Of a stretch of DNA of 64,000 nt, positions 41,638 through 47,470 are shown piece by piece (position 1 is the first letter of the stretch; each line of letters starts with the position of its first letter). The DNA lies in the IMG/VR virus record IMGVR_UViG_3300035703_000005, positions 62,001 to 126,000 of that record; one strand, 5' to 3'. Both the position numbers and the translations under genes were made by a program. Below the pieces are notes generated by a model, which saw nothing but the letters and a program-made list of their open reading frames with translations, had not been told where the DNA came from and did no database searches.

Positions 41638-41667
41638 TATACAGATACTTTTTCAAGTATTTATAAG

Positions 41668-41739
41668 TGGGCAATATCGGATTCGAACCAATGACCAACT
41701 GCGTGTAAAGCAGCTGCGCTACCGCTGCGCTAATCGCCC
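41668..41739 (-). tRNA. tRNA-Val(TAC)
   Basis: Cloverleaf. Confidence 0.93.
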
Positions 41740-41740
41740 G

Positions 41741-41948
41741 TGGGGGTGGTGAGATTCTGTCATACTCACAATCGGGAAGGTTACACTGACAACGTATTTC
41801 CCAACACTTAGGTTCTTCTTGGTGAGAAGTTCTATACCTTTGATTTCTCAACGATACAGCGGGCACCACCCCTAACCTATTACATTATCCCGTGAGTAAC
41901 CACAAGGATTGTTCTGTCACACCCAGAGAACTCCCGTCGAAGTTCTCA
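41741..41948 (-). ncRNA. multi-stem structured RNA, possibly the manA motif
   Basis: GGGGUGGUG/CACCACCCC closing stem, internal stems, repeated UGACAGAA, ACUCAC/GUGAGU complement. Confidence 0.55.
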
Positions 41949-41950
41949 AG

Positions 41951-42022
41951 AGCGGAATACCGGATTCGAACCGGTGACATCCAACTTGGAAGGATGGCGT
42001 TCTACCACTGAACTAATTCCGC
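41951..42022 (-). tRNA. tRNA-Gly(TCC)
   Basis: Cloverleaf, U73. Confidence 0.93.
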
Positions 42023-42061
42023 AATAAGACAATTATAGAGTAGTTGAGTATAATTGTCAAG

Positions 42062-42144
42062 TGCTCCAGAGAAGATTTGAACTTCCACGCTTTTTAAGGC
42101 GGCGGATTCTAAGTCCGCTGTGTCTACCGTTCCACCACTGGAGC
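42062..42144 (-). tRNA. tRNA-Leu(TAG)
   Basis: Class II cloverleaf. Confidence 0.93.
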
Positions 42145-42262
42145 TAATTTTTAATTGATGAGTAGTGAGTGCCCACCACTCGCAGAAGACACTTTCTGCA
42201 ATTTTCACTGCATTAGAGGGCAGTGATGATATGAAAGAATCGGAAATTTCCAACCCTTCCAA

Positions 42263-42335
42263 CTCCCCCAGTCCGACTCGAACGAACAACCCCAGAGTTA
42301 ACAGCTCCGTGCTCTGCCAATTGAGCTATAGGGGA
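42263..42335 (-). tRNA. tRNA-Asn(GTT)
   Basis: Cloverleaf, U1-A72. Confidence 0.9.
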
Positions 42336-42386
42336 ATATAGGGGAAAGGAGAGCTCTTGGGCGAACCCGCAGGATCACTTTCCCAG

Positions 42387-42459
42387 TGGAGAATAGGAGA
42401 CTCGAACTCCTAACCTTTGCCTTGCAAAGGCACTGCTCTACCAATTGAGCTAATCCCCC
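42387..42459 (-). tRNA. tRNA-Ala(TGC)
   Basis: Cloverleaf with G3.U70. Confidence 0.94.
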
Positions 42460-42462
42460 ATT

Positions 42463-42537
42463 TGGTGGCGGGGGGTGGAATTGAACCACCTACCTGAAGC
42501 TTATGAGACTTCTGTGCAACCGTTACACTTCCCCACT
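42463..42537 (-). tRNA. tRNA-Met(CAT), initiator-like
   Basis: A1xC72 mismatch, encoded CCA. Confidence 0.85.
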
Positions 42538-42540
42538 ATA

Positions 42541-42776
42541 AGGCCGCTTTTCACGGCACCGTAACACTTTCTTTACAGGGCTGTTATCACCCCGTCTCTC
42601 TATACTAGGGCAGTAGTCTTACTGCGAGAGAATGCAACAATGTTGTTTGCGTTTGTTTTTTGTCCCGTCAACAGATACAACCTTACCACCTCGTCGAAAC
42701 CTTGGCAACCCCTAGTTATGGAGTTGTGGGGAGTCGAACCCCAGTCCGAAGCAACAGACTTTGCATCCTCTTGAAC
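42541..42776 (-). ncRNA. ssrA: two-piece (circularly permuted) tmRNA
   Basis: Acceptor piece ends GGACTGGGGTTCGACTCCCCACAACTCCA at 42719; 6-nt spacer; coding piece starts GGGGTTG...GGTTTCGAC at 42712; tag ANNIVAFSRSKTTALV* at 42600-42650. Confidence 0.92.
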
Positions 42777-42783
42777 ATAGTAT

Positions 42784-42812
42784 ATAGTATACTAAAATTA
42801 TTCAGTTGTCAA
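42784..42812 (-). promoter_or_regulatory. sigma70-type promoter of the tmRNA
   Basis: TTGACA-N17-TACTAT. Confidence 0.7.
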
Positions 42813-42813
42813 G

Positions 42814-42900
42814 CGGAGAGAGAGGGATTTGAACCCTCGGTGAAGTTACCCCCACACAGACTTTCCAGGTCTGCTCCTTAAGCCACTCGGACACCTCTCC
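42814..42900 (-). tRNA. tRNA-Ser(GGA)
   Basis: Class II cloverleaf. Confidence 0.93.
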
Positions 42901-42937
42901 AACATAAACATCATACCATAATTACGGAAGATGTCAA

Positions 42938-43011
42938 CACTCTCTGCAGGATTTGAACCTGCGACACATCGGTTCGTAGCCGATTGCTCTAGTCCACTGA
43001 GCTAAGAGAGT
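42938..43011 (-). tRNA. tRNA-Arg(ACG)
   Basis: Cloverleaf. Confidence 0.93.
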
Positions 43012-43014
43012 AGG

Positions 43015-43086
43015 CGAAGGGCCAGAGACTTGAACTCTGATCTTTGGTTTTGGAGACCAAGATGCTACCAATTGCACCAACCCAAC
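43015..43086 (-). tRNA. tRNA-Trp(CCA) with two U.U acceptor-stem mismatches
   Basis: Intact D, anticodon and T arms; acceptor GTTGGGT/GCCCTTC. Confidence 0.75.
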
Positions 43087-43087
43087 A

Positions 43088-43164
43088 TGGTATCCGTGAG
43101 AGGATTTGAACCTCCAACAAATAGATCCTTAGTCTATTGCCTCTTCCAATTGGGCTACACGGAC
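43088..43164 (-). tRNA. tRNA-Leu(AAG) with a short variable loop
   Basis: ATAGA-CTAAGGA-TCTAT; A73; encoded CCA. Confidence 0.8.
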
Positions 43165-43167
43165 AAA

Positions 43168-43839
43168 CTATAAGATTCCGAAAAGTTTACATCTTTTACG
43201 AATAGCATTATCAGAAACTCCAAACATTTTACCAATAGAAACTAAAGAATAAGAAGCAAGAAGTTTTTGAAGTTCTTCTTTAGATACTTCAAATTTTCTT
43301 TTTCTTGGAATTGAAATTCTAGGTTTTTTAACCCTTTTTACATTCCTACCAGCAAATGTATCAGTTTGACTATTGCAGTTTGGACATAAAAATCTTAGAT
43401 TTTCTAATCTATTATCATTAGGAATTCCATTTATATGATCTAAAACCATAGATAAAGGATTTCCATTCCATTTAGGTTCCAATCCACAATTGAAGCAAGA
43501 ATAAGAAATAATATTTTCTTGTATTAGTCTTGCCCTAATAACACTCCTAGAAGTGCTACTATTTTCAACAAATAGTATATTATTTGGAATTTTATTTTTA
43601 CTAGGACCAAATTTTTTTCCTTTATTGGAATCAAGTCCTTTTTTTATATGAGAAGTATCAATTTTTTCATATTCTATTCTTCTTTTTAGTGTGTTTATAT
43701 TAGAACCTTGAGAAAATATATTAAGTTTTCTCAAAATCTCAGAATAAGAAGAACTATCAGAAACAATTAATTCTAGTTGTTTTTTTGGAACAGACCATAA
43801 GATACTTCTTTTTTTTCTGGATTTATTTTGATTTGACAT
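43168..43839 (-). mobile_element. free-standing HNH endonuclease inside the tRNA array
   Basis: CFNC...LDHINGIPNDNRLENLRFLCPNC; late promoter at 43860-43867. Confidence 0.9.
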
Positions 43840-43911
43840 AGTAATTATTCTTTATTAGTTATTTATAACACATAAAGTCAAAAAATACTAGTCTTACCAT
43901 TATAAATCCAA

Positions 43912-43986
43912 ATCCCAAGGCAGGCTTCGAACCTGCAAAAATTCTCCTTCAAAGGGAGATAGCTTTACCAGTTTGCTCACTTGGGA
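43912..43986 (-). tRNA. tRNA-Gln(TTG)
   Basis: TCTCC-CTTTGAA-GGAGA; U1-A72. Confidence 0.85.
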
Positions 43987-43992
43987 ATTAGG

Positions 43993-44068
43993 AGTTCAGG
44001 GTGGGATTTGAACCCACGGTGAAAGAAGTTTTGCAGACTTCCGCATTCGACCACTCTGCCACCTGAAC
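43993..44068 (-). tRNA. tRNA-Cys(GCA)
   Basis: Cloverleaf, U73. Confidence 0.9.
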
Positions 44069-44101
44069 ATTTGAACTATCTGGAATTTCCAGATAATTGA
44101 G

Positions 44102-44172
44102 AGCCCAATAACAGAATTGAACTGTTCTCTGCAGTTTACTAAACTGCTGCATCACCACAATGCTTATCGGGC
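44102..44172 (-). tRNA. tRNA-Thr(AGT)
   Basis: GCAGT-TTAGTAA-ACTGC. Confidence 0.85.
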
Positions 44173-44174
44173 GG

Positions 44175-44246
44175 GGTGCCATATGAGATTTGAACTCATC
44201 TACCCAGTTTCACAAACTGGTTCCTTAACCACTAGGATAATGGCAC
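44175..44246 (-). tRNA. tRNA-His(GTG)
   Basis: CCAGT-TTGTGAA-ACTGG. Confidence 0.88.
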
Positions 44247-44247
44247 A

Positions 44248-44319
44248 AGGCAGTGGGTAGAATTGAACTACCGACATAGAGGGTATGAATCTCTTGTTCT
44301 ACCACTGAACTACACTGCC
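44248..44319 (-). tRNA. tRNA-Met(CAT), elongator-like
   Basis: Cloverleaf, loop TTCATAC. Confidence 0.85.
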
Positions 44320-44323
44320 AAGT

Positions 44324-44413
44324 AGGGAGAGGGTGGAATCGAACCACCATTGCCAATGGACGGAATCGAACCGTCTCTGATACCGTCGTATCCACCATCC
44401 AAGGTGCTCTCCC
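44324..44413 (-). ncRNA. tRNA-like RNA with two T-arms and no 7-nt anticodon loop
   Basis: GGGAGAG/CTCTCCC stem; GACGG-TTCGATT-CCGTC and GGTGG-TTCGATT-CCACC. Confidence 0.7.
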
Positions 44414-44426
44414 ATATCGTAGGTGT

Positions 44427-44509
44427 ATCATTTGAGAGGATTCGAACCTCCATTGCCGCCTCCAAAACGCAAGTGCTATGGCGGAGTGTTACCGTTACAC
44501 TACAAATGA
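44427..44509 (-). ncRNA. tRNA-like RNA (Gln-like body) with a 19-nt anticodon loop
   Basis: Intact acceptor, D and T arms; CCGCC-N19-GGCGG. Confidence 0.7.
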
Positions 44510-44725
44510 TATCCTTACGTTGCTTACTCCTAGATTCTACTCATCAGATTTACTTGTTGGACCTAATCGTTGGAATACTCGCTGCGTTCAACTTATTACC
44601 CTGTCTCGACTTGAACGAGACTGTTTTCTATAGCCTTTGCGTTTGTTAGTAATAAGCATACTGACAGGTTTCTTTTACCTTTCAGTTTTCCGTTCAACCC
44701 AACTTTGGAATAAAGTTTGGGCAAG

Positions 44726-44797
44726 TGGAACCGACAAGATTTGAACTTGTGACCGCTCGGTTATCAGCCGAGTGCTCTACCACTGAGCTACGATTCC
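44726..44797 (-). tRNA. tRNA-Ile(GAT)
   Basis: Cloverleaf. Confidence 0.93.
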
Positions 44798-44917
44798 ATC
44801 AAGGTAGGAGTCGATATCAACAACCTACCAGTTTCAGTTTTCGGACTGAAAAACCTATCACTAACCAACCGAAGTTTCATAACGGAGAAAGTGAATCTCC
44901 GTGACCATAAGGTCAAG

Positions 44918-44991
44918 AGGGAACAATCGGATTTGAACCGATAACACCATGATCTTCAATCATGTGCTCTACCAATTGGAGCTATGTTCCC
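44918..44991 (-). tRNA. tRNA-Phe(GAA)
   Basis: Cloverleaf. Confidence 0.92.
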
Positions 44992-44994
44992 AAG

Positions 44995-45068
44995 TCCAGA
45001 TGAAAGGATTTGAACCTCCGACTTCTCCGCCCCAAACGGAGCGCTCTACCAAACTGAGCTACACCTGG
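44995..45068 (-). tRNA. tRNA-Pro(TGG), second divergent copy
   Basis: CTCCG-TTTGGGG-CGGAG. Confidence 0.9.
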
Positions 45069-45069
45069 A

Positions 45070-45144
45070 TGGTAGTCCTAACGGGATTTGAACCCGTGTC
45101 TTCACTGTGAAAGAGTGATGTCCTCACCACTAGACGATAGGACC
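45070..45144 (-). tRNA. tRNA-Glu(TTC)
   Basis: Cloverleaf with encoded CCA. Confidence 0.93.
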
Positions 45145-45323
45145 AGATGGGAGGGGTATCCCACACGAAGTTACTTACGGATTACGCTTCGTAGCCTTAT
45201 GAATCCTGCCATCATCCGATGGTGGCTAGAAATCCCTCCCCAATTCCAGTTATTACTACAACATTCTTCTGCAAACTGGCAACCTCTGAAGAATGCGTGG
45301 AGATTCGTACTGATGATCTCCAA

Positions 45324-45397
45324 CGACCCATAGGGGATTTGAACCCCTGATCTCCTCTTGGACAGAGAGGCGCGTTAGACCGCTACGCTAATGGGCC
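45324..45397 (-). tRNA. tRNA-Asp(GTC)
   Basis: Cloverleaf, G73. Confidence 0.92.
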
Positions 45398-45444
45398 AAG
45401 AGCACAATCCACTACCAATGGTATCATTGGGCAGATCATGCAGT

Positions 45445-45534
45445 GAGAGAGGAGGGAATTGAACCCCCGATGGTTCTTATGTACGTGTTTTACAGACACG
45501 GACTACACATATTGCCGACAGTAGCCACTCTCCC
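45445..45534 (-). tRNA. tRNA-Tyr(GTA) with an enlarged D arm
   Basis: CGTGT-CTGTAAA-ACACG; long variable region. Confidence 0.8.
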
Positions 45535-45929
45535 TAGATTTTATACTGCAAATAATTTTCACCAAGATTGATTGAGTTTTTATTATCTTTTATGATGTCT
45601 TTGGGAATAAGATACTTATCACCATCAGCAGTTAGTATGAATAACTGGTCATAAAAGATTTCAGTATTGAGTTTATTGACAAAATTAGATTTACTATTTC
45701 CACCAGTAATCCTCAATCCCACTACATATTTTCCACTAGAAGATTTGGAGTTAGTTGTCTTTACTTGTATTTTTTGTAATCCAAGTTCAGGAAACTCAAC
45801 AATCAAATCGTAATCTTGACTATCTGTTAATGGGATAGAAACAGTATATCCAAGACCACAAAAGTGGGCAATACAAATACCCAATCCAACATCACCTTGT
45901 TTCTTGGTGTTTTTGCAGTTATGGAACAT
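45534..45929 (-). mobile_element. free-standing PD-(D/E)XK endonuclease (group I intron-associated type)
   Basis: KKQGD.G...VSIPLTD...YDLIV...KIQVKT; late promoter at 45955-45962. Confidence 0.85.
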
Positions 45930-45978
45930 ATCTTATAACGGAGTAATACTCTGTTATTTATAAGAGTTATGTTCCATA

Positions 45979-46051
45979 TGGGTCTGGTGGGACTCGAACC
46001 CACGATATACTGGTTAAAAGCCAGGTGCATTAGCCGCTATGCAACAGACCC
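45979..46051 (-). tRNA. tRNA-Lys(TTT)
   Basis: Cloverleaf. Confidence 0.92.
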
Positions 46052-46239
46052 AAATAATATAGGATAAATATTCGGTTGTCTAGGTTCGGTGTGGTCTCTC
46101 TCAACCACTCGATTAGAATACCACCATTTGAACTCTGATTGGAGGATGGTGGACACTTGGGAAACTGTCACAAGCAACAAAAAAGGGGAGGAAACTTTTG
46201 GTTTCTCTCCCCTTCTTTTGCTTTTATGGATTAAACATC

Positions 46240-46341
46240 TTACATATGTCTTTCCATATCCGCAAACAGGGGAGCACCCTCAATATGCCAATAGCGGCAA
46301 TCGAGAATACTAAACTGTTTTGTGGGCATTGGGTAAGACAT
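46240..46341 (-). CDS. 33-aa peptide with its own late promoter and terminator
   Basis: MSYPMPTKQFSILDCRYWHIEGAPLFADMERHM; TATAAATA at 46363-46370; hairpin at about 46178-46215. Confidence 0.55.
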   Translation of the reverse strand: MSYPMPTKQFSILDCRYWHIEGAPLFADMERHM

Positions 46342-46394
46342 TGTTTTCGACCTAAGTGTTTTTATTTATAAGACTTTTTTGTTAAAAAGTCAAG

Positions 46395-46467
46395 CACCCC
46401 TGGTAGGATTTGCACCCACGACCAACGGCTTAGAAGGCCGATGCTCTATCTACTGAGCTACAGGGGC
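46395..46467 (-). tRNA. tRNA-Arg(TCT)
   Basis: Cloverleaf; T loop TGCAAAT. Confidence 0.9.
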
Positions 46468-46534
46468 ATGTTTGGTATGAAGTTATTATAGTGGGGGAAG
46501 GGTTTTCTGTCAACCCCTCCCTCCTATTTAATTG

Positions 46535-47182
46535 TTAAACTTCTACCTTGATCAGACGGGATGCATAATCATAAGCATAAGATGTGCGAGCACCATGATG
46601 CCCCCATCCAATCCAACTATACGCATAGTCCATATAACGATTGATAGACTTACCAGGAATTTTCATTCGGTCTTCAATCTCTTTCCATTGGACTTCATTT
46701 GTTAGATAACGAAGTTGCGTGTGAAGTGATGATGGTGAACCACCAAACTTCCTAGCAAAATCACCCAATCCATAATAACGATTGGCAGATGTCCATTGAA
46801 TCAGTCCGTAACCACCATCGCAGTTACGCCAACTGGTTCTGCTACCACCTTCGCAAATGTTAGGAATAAAAGTTGATTCCTGACGAATATTGCCCATAAT
46901 GGTAGCAAGGGCGTTTCTGTCTTTAATACCACGATCCTGGAAGTATGCCAGGGTAGCATTCTCATGTTCATTACACCCTTTACAAATTAACCTTAACTCT
47001 TTAGGTTTTTCGGGAGCAACCTCGCGGATTGCTGTCTTTGATGTAGGCTCCTCTTGAACAATTGCGAAAGGTGGTTTTGAAGGACCATTCACGGGTGGAG
47101 GAGGAAACACTGAAGGCAGTGATGCCGTTGTGGTTGTAACCGTTGCCAAAAGAGGCAGGGTTACTGTAAAGAAATTTTGCAT
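46535..47182 (-). CDS. exported lysozyme-like cell-wall hydrolase (phage lysozyme2-like)
   Basis: Signal peptide, Pro-rich linker, IMGNIRQES, GYGLIQWT. Confidence 0.8.
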   Translation of the reverse strand: MQNFFTVTLPLLATVTTTTASLPSVFPPPPVNGPSKPPFAIVQEEPTSKTAIREVAPEKPKELRLICKGCNEHENATLAYFQDRGIKDRNALATIMGNIRQESTFIPNICEGGSRTSWRNCDGGYGLIQWTSANRYYGLGDFARKFGGSPSSLHTQLRYLTNEVQWKEIEDRMKIPGKSINRYMDYAYSWIGWGHHGARTSYAYDYASRLIKVEV

Positions 47183-47470
47183 TTAAATTAATTGAACTCT
47201 ACATCCTAATAGAGAAAGCGCACTTCCCCTTTCTCAAGGGGCAATCTCCTAGGCTCTAATTGTCACTTCAAACTCTCATTACAAGAAAACCCACATAAGT
47301 GGGATTTTTCATTATAAGTTAATATTTAGTTTTTTGCAAGCCGTCACATGTTAGTGCTTAGAATCTCTTCACGAAACTCTTCATAAACCGCACAAGCATT
47401 CAAATAATCTCCCATTTCTGCGAGATAATGAAGTCGGTCAATAACACTATCCTTCAGATCTTCAACGTTG

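Noticed and set aside
42341-42385. Theta/HDV-like ribozyme at the tRNA-Ala 3' end
   Set aside because: The P1-P3-P2 nested topology and J4/2 were not found
44540-44630. CUGAUGAG as a hammerhead ribozyme core
   Set aside because: No stem II-GAAA and stem I/III arrangement could be built by eye
45148-45241. Purine riboswitch (CCGUAA in a loop)
   Set aside because: Junction consensus is absent and there is no downstream gene to regulate
41621-45333. Short ORFs in the track across the tRNA array (e.g. 42002, 42298, 42660, 43988, 44225, 44350, 45088)
   Set aside because: They overlap tRNA, tmRNA or ncRNA genes and show no protein motifs
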